Assembly: GCA_963695095.1 (NCBI GenBank)
Contig: CAVOFT010000001.1
Coordinates: 192,001-256,000 of the forward strand
DNA length: 64,000 nucleotides
Reading direction: 5' to 3'
Source of the DNA: an uncultured bacterium
GTDB taxonomy: Bacteria > Krumholzibacteriota > Krumholzibacteriia > JACNKJ01
The position numbers and the translations under genes are program-made. Below are positions 19,405 to 29,513 of this stretch, in pieces. Positions within the stretch are counted from its first letter, which is position 1. Each line of letters starts with the position of its first letter. Under the pieces are notes generated by a model that was given only the letters and a program-made list of their open reading frames with translations, ran no database searches and was not told where the DNA came from.

Positions 19405-21102
19405 ATGAGCATGGATCGGCAGCGCCCGCGGGTGCCGGCGCTCCTGCCGGTTGCCCTTGCCCTTGGTCTCACGCTCGCCGCCGCGCCCAGCGCGCGGGCC
19501 CTCTTCTTTCCGCCCGACTACCTGAGCGTGCCCGGCGAGCAGGTGCTCGCCATGGTCGCCGCGGATTTCGACGGCGAGGGTGGCCCCGACCTGGCGCTGG
19601 TCAGCTACCAGGGCGACAGCCTGACGGTGCTACTCAATAGCGGCACCGGCGCCTTCCGGCCGCCGCGCTCCTACTGGGCCGGCGACGGTCCCAGCGCGCT
19701 GGCCGCCGGCGACCTGAACGGCGACGGCCATCTCGACCTCGCCGTGGCGAGCTGGGACGATCGCCTGCGCCTCTTCCTCGGCCAGGGTGGCGGCCTCTTC
19801 GCCGCCGGCCCCGACTATCCCACCGGCGACAACCCCTGGAAGCTCGTCCTCGCCGACTTCAACGGCGACGGCCTCGCCGATCTCGCCTGCTCCTGCCTCG
19901 GCGGGGCGCCGGCCGTCTTCAACGTGTTCCTCAACCAGGGCGGCGGCGCCTTCGCGGTGATGCAGGTGCCCACGCTCTCCGGCCAGCGCGGCCTGGCCGC
20001 GGCCGACGTCGATGGCGACGGCGACCTCGACATCGCGCTTGCCGTCTACGCGACGGACCAGCTCGCCCTGCATCTCAACAGCGGGCAGGGGCAGTTCGGC
20101 CCCGCGCAGCCCATCGCCGTGGCCGACAAGCCCTACGACCTGGCCGCCAGCGACCTCAACGGCGACACGCGGCCCGACCTGCTGCTCATCCACAAGGACG
20201 CGCAGCGGCAGATCTGGGCGCTGCCCGGCCTCGGCGGCGGCCTCTTCGGCGCGCCGATGGTCTGGAGCGCCGACCGCGACATGGACCAGCTCCTGCTCGC
20301 CGACCTCAACGCCGACCGCCGTCAGGATCTGCTCGTCACCTGCTCGGGCGCGGGCAGCGTGGGCGTGCTCCTGCAGCCGGCGGACGGCGCCTGGCAGCCG
20401 CCCTTCTTCGAGAGCGCCGGCCCTGGCGCCTACGCCCCGGCCGCCGCGGATTTCGACGGCGACGGCGACCTGGACCTCGCCGTCTCCAGCTACTGGACCA
20501 ACCAGCTCGCCCACCTGGACAACGGCACCTTCGCCACGCCGGTGGCGATTTCCAGCTTCAGCGCCGAGCCGGGCCCGGCGCGCGTGACCCTGCGCTGGCA
20601 GGTGGCCAGCGGCGAAGCGCCGGCCTTCCGCGTTGAAGTGAATCCTGAAGGAGGCGGCCTCGCGCGCAGCCTCGAGGGCGAGGCGCTCACGGACGGCGCC
20701 TGGCGCGCCGTCGATGCGAGCCCGGCGCTCCTGGCCGGCGGGCGCTTCGTCTATCGCCTCTTCGGCCGCGACCCCGGCGAGGACTGGCGCGAGCTGCGCA
20801 GCCTCTCGGTCGCGCTGCCGGCAGCGCTCTCCACGCTGCAGGCGCCCTGGCCCAACCCGGCCTCGCCCGAAGCGCGGGTGTCCTTTCTGCTCACGGCGCC
20901 CGCGCGGGCCAGCCTCAGCATCTGCGATCCGCTGGGCCGCAGCCTGCGCGCGCTTGCGGAAGGGCCGCGCCCCGCGGGGCCGCAGGAGTTCGTCTGGGAT
21001 GGCCGCGACGACGCAGGGCGGCTACTCCCCAGCGGGGTCTATCTCGCCGTGCTGAAGACGGCCGGCTTCACGCAGAGCCGGCGGATCGTGCTGATCCGCT
21101 AG
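19405..21102 (+). CDS. FG-GAP/VCBS-repeat beta-propeller protein with FlgD tail
   Basis: Seven D(F/L/V)(D/N)GDG..D(L/I) type repeats; PNP...WDGRDDAG...SGVY...RRIVLIR tail. Confidence 0.85.
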   Translation: MSMDRQRPRVPALLPVALALGLTLAAAPSARALFFPPDYLSVPGEQVLAMVAADFDGEGGPDLALVSYQGDSLTVLLNSGTGAFRPPRSYWAGDGPSALAAGDLNGDGHLDLAVASWDDRLRLFLGQGGGLFAAGPDYPTGDNPWKLVLADFNGDGLADLACSCLGGAPAVFNVFLNQGGGAFAVMQVPTLSGQRGLAAADVDGDGDLDIALAVYATDQLALHLNSGQGQFGPAQPIAVADKPYDLAASDLNGDTRPDLLLIHKDAQRQIWALPGLGGGLFGAPMVWSADRDMDQLLLADLNADRRQDLLVTCSGAGSVGVLLQPADGAWQPPFFESAGPGAYAPAAADFDGDGDLDLAVSSYWTNQLAHLDNGTFATPVAISSFSAEPGPARVTLRWQVASGEAPAFRVEVNPEGGGLARSLEGEALTDGAWRAVDASPALLAGGRFVYRLFGRDPGEDWRELRSLSVALPAALSTLQAPWPNPASPEARVSFLLTAPARASLSICDPLGRSLRALAEGPRPAGPQEFVWDGRDDAGRLLPSGVYLAVLKTAGFTQSRRIVLIR

Positions 21103-22084
21103 TCGCCGCGATCGCCGCGGCCACGGCGGGCGCGGCCTTGAGGTCGCGCAGCCGGCAGCCGGGATGCGCCGCCGGCCACTCGCGGTAGATGAAGGCCGCG
21201 GCCTCGGCGCCCAGCGCGGGCACGCCGCGCCAGTCCAGCCATACCTCTCGGTACCGCTCGAGCCCTGCCATGAGCCGCTCTGCCTGCGAGCGGCCGGCGA
21301 GGCTTCTGGTCGCGCCGGGCAGCAACTCCACCGGCACGCGGGTGCGCGTGAAGTCCCCGCCCCCGGGGGCGCGGTGCTCGGCGCGCACCGCTTCCAGTTG
21401 CCGGCCGCCCACGAGAGACAGCGTGAGTTCAATTGAAGTCCCCGGCCGGGCCGGCGCCGCGCTCAGGGCCCAGCCCTCGCGAGCGGGCCGCCGTTCCAGG
21501 CGCAGCCCGTTGGCCGTGAGCGCGAAGGCGCCCGCTGCCCGAGCCGCCAGCAGCAGGCTGGCGCCGGCGCCGCCCTTGGCGAGTTCGAGCGGCGCCTGAT
21601 CCGGATCCTCCAAGGCCAGGTCATCGTGGACCTTGCGGAAGAGGCCACGGCCGTCGTCGCGCAGGAGCAGGTCCAGGCGCCCCCCCTGCCGGGCGAAGGC
21701 CAGCAGCAGGGCCTGGCCGCCCGAGTGCTGGACGGCGTTGGCCATGAGCGCAAGCGCGCAGTAGCGCAGGACCTCGAGGCTGGCGGCGGGCAGCGGCCCC
21801 AGACGGGGCGCGAGCAGGTCCCGCCAGACCTCCTCGGGGTCGGGCTTCATGGCCAGGGGCAGGTTGAGGCGCCGCTGCTGGAGCTGCCGCGGCGAGTAGC
21901 GCCGGCCCCGCGTGCGGCCGGAGGCCTCCAGCAGGCCCTCGGCCTCCAGCGCCCGCAGATGCGCATGCGCGCTCTGCCGGGTGATGCCGAAGCGCTCCTG
22001 CACCTGGCGGCTCAGCCCGGCCGGGTCCCGCTCGACCTGCTCGACGATGAACTGACGAATCAGCTCGCTACGCGCCCTCAGCAT
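21068..22084 (-). CDS. Winged-HTH + HATPase-like + STAS-like (DUF4325) protein
   Basis: FGITRQSAHAHLRALEAEG HTH; NAVQHS...DDGRGLF ATPase-like segment; RSQAERL...YREVWLDWRGV STAS-like end. Confidence 0.75.
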   Translation of the reverse strand: MLRARSELIRQFIVEQVERDPAGLSRQVQERFGITRQSAHAHLRALEAEGLLEASGRTRGRRYSPRQLQQRRLNLPLAMKPDPEEVWRDLLAPRLGPLPAASLEVLRYCALALMANAVQHSGGQALLLAFARQGGRLDLLLRDDGRGLFRKVHDDLALEDPDQAPLELAKGGAGASLLLAARAAGAFALTANGLRLERRPAREGWALSAAPARPGTSIELTLSLVGGRQLEAVRAEHRAPGGGDFTRTRVPVELLPGATRSLAGRSQAERLMAGLERYREVWLDWRGVPALGAEAAAFIYREWPAAHPGCRLRDLKAAPAVAAAIAATSGSARSAGSA

Positions 22085-22120
22085 GGACCCTTTGTAAGCT
22101 TGGCCGCCCAGACGGTCAAC

Positions 22121-24031
22121 TCAATTGTCAGTTATTCTAGGGAGCCGCTCTTCGACCGCGAAAAGGAAGCGAGGGTGGGCTTCGGACTCGCCTCCTATTG
22201 TCAGTTTATGGGCGCCGCGGGGCCAGTCGCGACCGGTTGTAGAGCCTGAATCCTGGATCAATGTCAGGATTCGACCCCCAGGCGGTGGCTCGATGATGAT
22301 CTCGGCGTTGAAGCCCCCCCGCGTCACCCAAACGGGCAGCTCCGTGCCGAGGCCCAGGGTGGCGGCCTCGGGGCCGACCAGTGCTCGGCAGGGCGAGCCG
22401 TCGGCCAGAGGCGCGGCGAGTCGGGCGGCGGCATTCCGAAGGGTGAAGCTCGGCTGCAGAGCCTGCCCGGCCAGAATCGCCAGGCCGAGCAGGGGCACGA
22501 GCCAGGGCAGGAGACGTCGCCCCCGCTCGAGGCCGAGCGCGGGCAGGATGCGGGCCCGGGCCATCGCCAGCCAGAGCAGGGCCAGCGTGGCCAGACCCCA
22601 GGGGATGGACCAGGCCCGGCCCGTCTCGGCCCAGAGCCGGGCGGCGTCGTAGCGGCCCATGGCTTCCAGCACCGCCGCCCAGAGCAGGAAGTCGAAGGCC
22701 TCCAGGCAGATGACGAGCCAGCCGATCAAGAGCCCCGCGACCAGGGCCATGGGCGCCCGCGTGGGTCGCCGGCCCAGCCAGAGCAGCCCGAGCCCCAGCG
22801 CGACCACGAAGAGCAGGGCCGCCAGGGCGCGCAGCCGCTCGTCGGGTACGGGCTCGCCCAGGGTGCTGCGAAGGCGTCCGTACCAGATGGCGAGCCGCCC
22901 GGGCAAGACGAGCGCGAGCACGAAGGCGGCGGCGAGCAGGCCGCCCAGGTCCAGCCGGCCGACGAAGCGGCGCGGCAGCGCCTCGCCCTCGGCCAGGGCC
23001 GCCCAGCCGCGGGCGCCGAGCAGGGCCAGCGCCGGCAGGAACACGAGGAAGCGCCGGTCGGCCGGGTTGCTGAAGAGGGCCTGGCAGAGCCCGCCCAGCA
23101 CCAGGAAGAGCAGGGCCTGGCTGGCCGGCCCCCGTGCCCGCCAGTTCAGGCCCAGCACCCAGGCCCCCACGCCCGCCAGCGCGAGCAGGGGCGCCACCTG
23201 GTAGAGGAAGGGCGTCGGGAAAGGGAAGTAGGCCAGGTTGGCGAGCAGGTCCATGGGCGTGGCGGGCAGGTTCTCGCTGCTGTAGAGCGCCTCGAGCACC
23301 GCCAGCTCGCCCGGGTAGCGCAGGCCGAAGCTGAGGCGCAGGAGCCCCCAGGCCACCAGCGCCGTGAAGGCGAAGTGCAGGGCCGTGCGCCAGCGGGCGC
23401 GCGGCGAGGCCGCGAGCAGGGCGCCGCCGCCGGCGGGGAAGACCAGCTCGGGTTCGGCCAGGCGGAAGGCGATCCAGGCCAGGGGCGGCAGGGCCACCAG
23501 CACGCTGAACTTGGCCGAGAGCGCGGCGCCGAAGCAGAGGCCGGCCACGGCGGGGCGCAGGAAGCCCGCGCGCCTCAGCCCTCCCAGCAGCCACCAGGCC
23601 GCCGTGACGCCGAGCGTGGCCAGGGCCTCGGGCATGGCCAGCCGGGCGTGGAAGATGAAGGGCAGCGCGCTGGCCAGGAGCAGGGGCGCGATGAGCGCGT
23701 CGCGCGGACGCTCGCGCCGCGCGATGAGGCCCACGAGCAGCAGGGTGAGCAGGGCAGCCAGCGCCGAGGGCGCCCGCGCCGCTTTCAGGGTGACGCCGCC
23801 GAGCGCGAAGGCCCCCCGCCAGGCCCAGCTCGCGGCCGGCACGGCCAGGCCCTGGTTGTACTCGTCCGTCACCCAGCGGCCGAAGAGCGTGCGGTCGCGG
23901 GCCTCGGCCGTCCACCAGCCCTCGTCGGTGATGAAGTCGCGCCAGACCATGCGCGGCGGGTCGGCGTCCAGGTGGAGCACGATGAAGAGGGCGGCAAGGG
24001 CGAGCAGCAGCCAGGCGAAGAAGCGGGCCAT
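22121..24031 (-). CDS. GT-C fold membrane glycosyltransferase (ArnT/PMT-like, GT39/GT83)
   Basis: First TM followed by a DEGWW acidic motif; ARLAMPE; many TM helices; RRFL(V) motif. Start ATG 24031. Confidence 0.7.
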   Translation of the reverse strand: MARFFAWLLLALAALFIVLHLDADPPRMVWRDFITDEGWWTAEARDRTLFGRWVTDEYNQGLAVPAASWAWRGAFALGGVTLKAARAPSALAALLTLLLVGLIARRERPRDALIAPLLLASALPFIFHARLAMPEALATLGVTAAWWLLGGLRRAGFLRPAVAGLCFGAALSAKFSVLVALPPLAWIAFRLAEPELVFPAGGGALLAASPRARWRTALHFAFTALVAWGLLRLSFGLRYPGELAVLEALYSSENLPATPMDLLANLAYFPFPTPFLYQVAPLLALAGVGAWVLGLNWRARGPASQALLFLVLGGLCQALFSNPADRRFLVFLPALALLGARGWAALAEGEALPRRFVGRLDLGGLLAAAFVLALVLPGRLAIWYGRLRSTLGEPVPDERLRALAALLFVVALGLGLLWLGRRPTRAPMALVAGLLIGWLVICLEAFDFLLWAAVLEAMGRYDAARLWAETGRAWSIPWGLATLALLWLAMARARILPALGLERGRRLLPWLVPLLGLAILAGQALQPSFTLRNAAARLAAPLADGSPCRALVGPEAATLGLGTELPVWVTRGGFNAEIIIEPPPGGRILTLIQDSGSTTGRDWPRGAHKLTIGGESEAHPRFLFAVEERLPRITDN

Positions 24032-24150
24032 GTCTGGGTTGTAGGGGCCCGCGCCGCGCCCGGCAAGGAGGAAAAGCACCGGAAGCCGGCGCGGCAGATC
24101 TGCTACCCTGCGGCACTCCGTTTCATCTCCCCAGGCCAGGAGCGACGCCC

Positions 24151-25080
24151 ATGCCCGCACCCTTCACCGTGGCCGTGGTCCAGGCCGCGCCGGTCTTCCT
24201 CGATCTGCCCGCCAGCGTCGAGAAGGCCTGCACGCTCATCGCCGAGGCAGCGGCGGGCGGCGCGCGCCTCGTTCTGTTCCCCGAGGCCTTCCTACCCGGC
24301 TACCCGGACTGGGTGTGGGTGGCCCCGCCGGGCTCCCAGAAGCCCATCCACAACGCCATGAATCGCGCGCTGCGGGAGAACGCCGTTACCATTCCCGACG
24401 CCAACACCCGGCAGCTCTGCCAGGCGGCGCGCAAGGCGAAGGTGATGGTGGCCATGGGCCTGCACGAGCGCAACACGGAGGCCAGCGGCGCCAGTCTCTA
24501 CAACACGCTGCTGCTGATCGACGCGCGCGGCGAGATCATCGCGCGGCACCGCAAGCTGATGCCCACCGGCGGCGAGCGCCTGGTCTGGGCCCAGGGGGAC
24601 GGCAGCTCGCTGCGGGTGCACGACACGCCGCTCGGCCGGGTGGGTGGCCTGATCTGCTGGGAGAACTTCATGCCCCTGGCGCGGCAGGCCCTCTACAACC
24701 ATGGCGAGCAGATCCACCTGGCCCCCACCTGGGATTCCGGTGACGGCTGGCGGGGATCCATGCAGCACATCGCCCGCGAGGGCGGCATGTTCGTGCTGAG
24801 CTGCTGCATGGCCCTGCGCATGGACGAGCTCCCGGACAGCCTGCCCTTCAAGGCCCTCTACCCCGAGGGCAAGACCTGGGTGAACCGAGGCGGCAGCTGC
24901 ATCGTGGACCCCCTGGGCAGGATCATCGCGGGGCCACTCATGGAGGCGCAGGGCATCCTGACAGCAGAGCTCGACCTCGGCCTCATCGCCGAGTGGAAGT
25001 GGATGTTCGACGCCGCGGGCCACTATGCGCGGCCGGACGTGTTCCGCTTCAGCGTTCCCGCCACGGAGGACTCCGCCTGA
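24151..25080 (+). CDS. Nitrilase (carbon-nitrogen hydrolase family)
   Basis: Catalytic triad motifs FPEAFLPGYP, HRKLMPT, LICWEN; D.AGHYARPDVF. Confidence 0.92.
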   Translation: MPAPFTVAVVQAAPVFLDLPASVEKACTLIAEAAAGGARLVLFPEAFLPGYPDWVWVAPPGSQKPIHNAMNRALRENAVTIPDANTRQLCQAARKAKVMVAMGLHERNTEASGASLYNTLLLIDARGEIIARHRKLMPTGGERLVWAQGDGSSLRVHDTPLGRVGGLICWENFMPLARQALYNHGEQIHLAPTWDSGDGWRGSMQHIAREGGMFVLSCCMALRMDELPDSLPFKALYPEGKTWVNRGGSCIVDPLGRIIAGPLMEAQGILTAELDLGLIAEWKWMFDAAGHYARPDVFRFSVPATEDSA

Positions 25081-25256
25081 GCCCGGCACCGCCAGCTGGC
25101 GCCGGGCGCTGAATCGGAGCCAATCCGATATGGGGGAATGGCTTAGCGGCCCCCATCGCCCCCTTTCTAATCAGGATCAGCTATGCTAGTTTGTCCGGGC
25201 GCCCGCCCCCGGGGGCGGCTTTCCGCGGCGCGCCCACCCGAAACGAGAGGCTAGCG

Positions 25257-25976
25257 ATGAGTGGATTCAGCGACCAGCTCTGGTCCTCGGTCGGCAAGAA
25301 GCTGCTGACGGGGATCACGGGCTTCTTGCTCATTGGCTACATCGTTCTCCACTTGCTGGGGAACCTGACCCTGCTGATCGGGCCCCGGGCCTTCAACGCC
25401 TATGCGCACTTCCTCGAGGGCCTCGCCTTCGGCAAGTTCGTCTACGTCTTCGAAGTGGGCCTGCTCGCGATCCTCGCCGTGCACCTGGCGGCCACGGTGA
25501 CGGTGGCGGTCACCGACAAGACGAAGGCGCGGCCGGTGGCCTACGCCAAGCGCGAGGACGCGGGCTTCACCAGCCGCATGACGCTCTCCTCCAAGACGAT
25601 GATCTACACGGGCGTGCTGATTGCGCTGTTCATCATCTGGCACGTGAAGAGCTTCAAGTTCGGCGGCGCGCAGATGATCCCCGACGGCCACGGCGGCCAC
25701 GTCAAGGACCTCTACAGCGTGGTCGACGCCGCGTTCAGCCAGCCGCTGATCGTGGGCGTCTACGTGGCGATGATGATCCTGCTCGGCCTCCACCTGCGCC
25801 ACGGTTTCTGGAGCGCCTTCCAGAGCCTGGGCTGGGCGAAGAAGAGCACGCTGCCCATCCTCGAAACGCTGGCCGTGATCTTCGCCGTGGTGATGGCCTT
25901 CGGCTTCCTCATTATCCCCATCATCATGTACTTCGGCGGCGACGCCGGCGGCGGCATGCACGCGGGAGGTCGGTGA
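25257..25976 (+). CDS. sdhC: Succinate dehydrogenase/fumarate reductase cytochrome b subunit (type B)
   Basis: [13 protein letters not shown].....HLLGNL; five TM segments; [14 protein letters not shown]. Confidence 0.92.
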   Translation: MSGFSDQLWSSVGKKLLTGITGFLLIGYIVLHLLGNLTLLIGPRAFNAYAHFLEGLAFGKFVYVFEVGLLAILAVHLAATVTVAVTDKTKARPVAYAKREDAGFTSRMTLSSKTMIYTGVLIALFIIWHVKSFKFGGAQMIPDGHGGHVKDLYSVVDAAFSQPLIVGVYVAMMILLGLHLRHGFWSAFQSLGWAKKSTLPILETLAVIFAVVMAFGFLIIPIIMYFGGDAGGGMHAGGR

Positions 25977-27895
25977 TGAGCACGGTGCTGAACGCGAAGA
26001 TCCCGGCGGGGCCTCTGGCCGCGAAGTGGGAACGGCACAAGCAGGACAATCCGCTGGTGGCTCCGGCCAACCGGCGCAAGTACAGCGTGATCGTGGTGGG
26101 CACGGGCCTGGCCGGCGGCGGCGCGGCGGCGACGCTGGGCGAGCTGGGCTACAACGTGCTCAACTTCTGCATCCAGGACACGCCGCGCCGCGCGCACAGC
26201 GTGGCCGCCCAGGGCGGCATCAACGCCGCCAAGAACTACCAGGGCGACGGCGACAGCATCTACCGGCTCTTCTACGACACCATCAAGGGTGGCGACTACC
26301 GCTCGCGCGAGGCCAACGTCTACCGGCTGGCCGAACTCAGCACGGCGATCATCGACCAGTGCGTGGCCGCGGGCGTGCCCTTTGCGCGCGAGTACGGCGG
26401 CACGCTGGCCAACCGCAGCTTCGGCGGCGTGCAGGTGAGCCGCACCTTCTACGCGCGCGGGCAGACGGGCCAGCAGCTCCTGCTCGGCGTCTACAGCGCG
26501 CTGATGCGCCAGGTGGCGGCCGGCACGGTGAAGCTCATCCACCGCTACGAGATGGTGGACCTGGTCGTGGCGGGGGGCCGCGCGCGCGGGATCATCGCCC
26601 GCGACCTGGTGACCGGCGAGCTGAAGCGCTTCGCCGCCGATGCCGTGGTCGTGGCCACCGGCGGCTACTCGCCGGTCTACTACCTGAGCACGAACGCGGT
26701 GAACTGCAACGGCACGGCCATCTGGGTCTGCCACAAGCGGGGCGCGCTCTTCGCGAACCCCTGCTTCACGCAGATCCACCCGACGGCGATTCCCCAGGCC
26801 GGCGAGTACCAGAGCAAGCTCACCCTGATGAGCGAGAGCCTGCGCAACGACGGCCGCGTATGGGTGCCGCTCAAACCCGGCGACAAGCGCGCGCCGGGCG
26901 AAATTCCGGAGGCCGAGCGCGACTACTTCCTCGAGCGGCGCTACCCGGCCTTCGGCAACCTGGTGCCGCGGGACATCGCCAGCCGCGCGGCGAAGACGGC
27001 CTGCGACGCCGGCCAGGGCGTGGGCCCCAGCGGCTACGGCGTCTACCTCGACTTCGCCGATGCGATCAAGCGCCTCGGCCGCGACGTGGTGACCGACCGC
27101 TACGGCAACCTCTTCACGATGTACGAGGAGATCACGGCGGAAGACCCCTACCACGTGCCGATGCGCATCTACCCGGCCCCCCACTACACGATGGGCGGCC
27201 TCTGGGTGGACTACAACCTCGAGAGCACGATTCCCGGCCTCTTCGTGGGTGGCGAGGCCAACTTCAGCGACCACGGCGCCAACCGCCTGGGCGCGAGCGC
27301 GCTGATGCAGGGCCTGGCCGACGGCTACTTCGTCCTGCCGCGCACGGTGGCCAGCTTCCTGGCCGGCGTGAAGCCCGGCGAGGTGAAGGCCGAGAGCGAG
27401 GCTTTCGCGGCCGTCGAGGCCGAGACCGCCGCTCGCTTCGCCAGGCTGCTGGCGATCAAGGGCACACGGACGGTTCGCGACCTGCACACGAGCCTCGGCA
27501 AGGTGATGATGAAGGAGGTCGGCATGAGCCGGAACGCGGCGGGCCTGGAAGCCGCGATCAAGGAGATCGGCGCGCTGCGGGCGGCCTTCTGGAACGACCT
27601 GCGCGTGCCCGGCGAGGCGGCCGAGCTGAACAAGAACCTCGAGCAGGCCAATCGCCTGGCGGACTTCATCGAGCTGGGCGAGCTGATGGCCCGCGACGCC
27701 CTCATGCGCGAGGAGAGCTGCGGCGGCCACCTGCGCGACGAGCACGTCACGCCGGAGGGCGAGGCCAAGCGCGACGACGAGAACTACATGTTCGTCGCCG
27801 CCTGGCAGTGGCAGGGCGAGGGCAAGCCGCACACGATGATCAAGGAGTCGCTCGAGTACGAGGACATCGAGGTCAAGACCCGGAGCTACAAGTAG
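25976..27895 (+). CDS. sdhA: Succinate dehydrogenase/fumarate reductase flavoprotein
   Basis: [46 protein letters not shown]. Confidence 0.96.
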   Translation: MSTVLNAKIPAGPLAAKWERHKQDNPLVAPANRRKYSVIVVGTGLAGGGAAATLGELGYNVLNFCIQDTPRRAHSVAAQGGINAAKNYQGDGDSIYRLFYDTIKGGDYRSREANVYRLAELSTAIIDQCVAAGVPFAREYGGTLANRSFGGVQVSRTFYARGQTGQQLLLGVYSALMRQVAAGTVKLIHRYEMVDLVVAGGRARGIIARDLVTGELKRFAADAVVVATGGYSPVYYLSTNAVNCNGTAIWVCHKRGALFANPCFTQIHPTAIPQAGEYQSKLTLMSESLRNDGRVWVPLKPGDKRAPGEIPEAERDYFLERRYPAFGNLVPRDIASRAAKTACDAGQGVGPSGYGVYLDFADAIKRLGRDVVTDRYGNLFTMYEEITAEDPYHVPMRIYPAPHYTMGGLWVDYNLESTIPGLFVGGEANFSDHGANRLGASALMQGLADGYFVLPRTVASFLAGVKPGEVKAESEAFAAVEAETAARFARLLAIKGTRTVRDLHTSLGKVMMKEVGMSRNAAGLEAAIKEIGALRAAFWNDLRVPGEAAELNKNLEQANRLADFIELGELMARDALMREESCGGHLRDEHVTPEGEAKRDDENYMFVAAWQWQGEGKPHTMIKESLEYEDIEVKTRSYK

Positions 27896-27909
27896 GCGGA
27901 GGCGCACCG

Positions 27910-28668
27910 ATGAACGAGGCAAAGACGCTGCACCTGAAGATCTGGCGGCAGGCCGGCCCGAACTCCCGCGGGAGCCTGGTTGACTACACGCTCGCCGGCG
28001 TGCTGCCCGAGATGTCGCTCCTGGAGATGCTCGATCTGCTCAACGAGCAGATCATCGGCGAGGGCGGCCTGCCGATCGAGTTCGACAGCGACTGCCGCGA
28101 AGGCATCTGCGGCATGTGCGGCCTGGTGATCCAGGGCGTCGGCCACGGGCCGCGCGGGGCCACCACCACCTGCGAGCTGCGCATGCGCCACTTCGCCGAC
28201 GGCGAGACGGTGACCATCGAGCCCTTCCGCGCCCGCGGCTTTCCGATCATCCGCGACCTCATCGTGGACCGCAGCGCCTTCGATCGCATCATGGGCGCCG
28301 GCGGCTACACGAGCAGCAACGTGGGCTCGGCCCCCGACGGCAACGCGGTGCTGATCCCCAAGGCGGCGGCCGACAAGGCGATGGACGCCGCCACCTGCAT
28401 CGGCTGCGGGGCCTGCGTCGCCGCCTGCCCCAACGCCAGCGCCTCGCTCTTCGTGAGCGCGAAGATCGCCCAATTCGCCTACCTGCCGCAGGGCCAGGCC
28501 GAGCGCTCCCGGCGCGCGCTGGCGATGGTGAAGGCCATGGACGCCGAGGGCTTCGGCGACTGCTCCAACCACGGCGAGTGCGAGGCGGTCTGCCCCAAGC
28601 AGATCTCCATCGAGCACATCGCCGTGATGCGGCGGGAGTTCATCAAGGCGATGGTCAAGGGCGGCTAG
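27910..28668 (+). CDS. sdhB: Succinate dehydrogenase/fumarate reductase Fe-S subunit
   Basis: DCREGICGMC, CIGCGACVAACP, CSNHGECEAVCP; RBS GGAGG before ATG 27910. Confidence 0.95.
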   Translation: MNEAKTLHLKIWRQAGPNSRGSLVDYTLAGVLPEMSLLEMLDLLNEQIIGEGGLPIEFDSDCREGICGMCGLVIQGVGHGPRGATTTCELRMRHFADGETVTIEPFRARGFPIIRDLIVDRSAFDRIMGAGGYTSSNVGSAPDGNAVLIPKAAADKAMDAATCIGCGACVAACPNASASLFVSAKIAQFAYLPQGQAERSRRALAMVKAMDAEGFGDCSNHGECEAVCPKQISIEHIAVMRREFIKAMVKGG

Positions 28669-28755
28669 GTCAATGCAAAGCGGCGAGCGCCCGAGAGCGC
28701 CCGCCGCCGCATCGATCCCGACGCCGGCCCGCTGTCGCGCGGGCCGGTCAGCCTT

Positions 28756-29280
28756 TTACATCTTGCTCTTCATCGTGCCCGGCGCGGCGGGCGCGGCCTG
28801 CGCCATCATGTCGGCCTGCTTCTGCGCGGCGGCAGCGTAGCTGTGCAGGGCCTTGACGCCGTCCGGAGTGCTAGCCGTAGCCACCGTCACGATGCCGAGC
28901 GGCGTGTTCACGTTCTCGAAGGACAGATCCTTGCGCCCCATCAGCTTCACGTGACCGGCGCAAAACGCGCAGAGCTTGTCCTTCTCCGCCTTGGGCATGC
29001 TCGCCACGCCGGCGGCGCGCTTCTCGCACTCGGCCGCGCACTTGTCGAAGGCGGGCTTCATGCTCTCGTTGGCGGTCGACAGCGTCTCGATGTAGCCGGT
29101 CTTCGTGTTCGAGATGCTGTAGCGAATCGTGGGACCGAGGGTCGGCTCCGCGCTCCAGGCGGAACAGACGGGGCAGTTCATCATCGACTCCATGGCCTGC
29201 TGCGGCGTCATGGCGTCCGGGCTGGCGACGGCAGCCATTGCGAGCACGAGCAGCGCGGCAGTTGCGAATAGACGCATCAT
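28756..29280 (-). CDS. Small secreted Cys/Met-rich hypothetical protein
   Basis: RBS GGAGG, signal peptide; CPVC, CAAEC and CAFC motifs. Confidence 0.7.
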   Translation of the reverse strand: MMRLFATAALLVLAMAAVASPDAMTPQQAMESMMNCPVCSAWSAEPTLGPTIRYSISNTKTGYIETLSTANESMKPAFDKCAAECEKRAAGVASMPKAEKDKLCAFCAGHVKLMGRKDLSFENVNTPLGIVTVATASTPDGVKALHSYAAAAQKQADMMAQAAPAAPGTMKSKM

Positions 29281-29513
29281 TGGTCGTGGCCTCCAGGTTC
29301 TCGTGAGCGAGTGGATCGGCGGCAACGAGATCCGCCGAGCGGCGAGGGGTCGCCGCGTGGGATTTCTCCATCTCAGTGCATTTTCGCACTGGCGTCAAGC
29401 GGGCAAGGGGCTCCGGTCCCGGCGATTTCATCGGACAGACGGCTCTCGAAGTGCTATCCTTATTGGGAATCCATTCTCGAAAACTATCTGGCTCTGTCCC
29501 GGGAGGCCGTCCC

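Noticed and set aside
26026..28668. 880-aa ORF ending in SdhB
   Set aside because: The upstream part is an alternate frame of sdhA; sdhB starts at 27910 after its own RBS.
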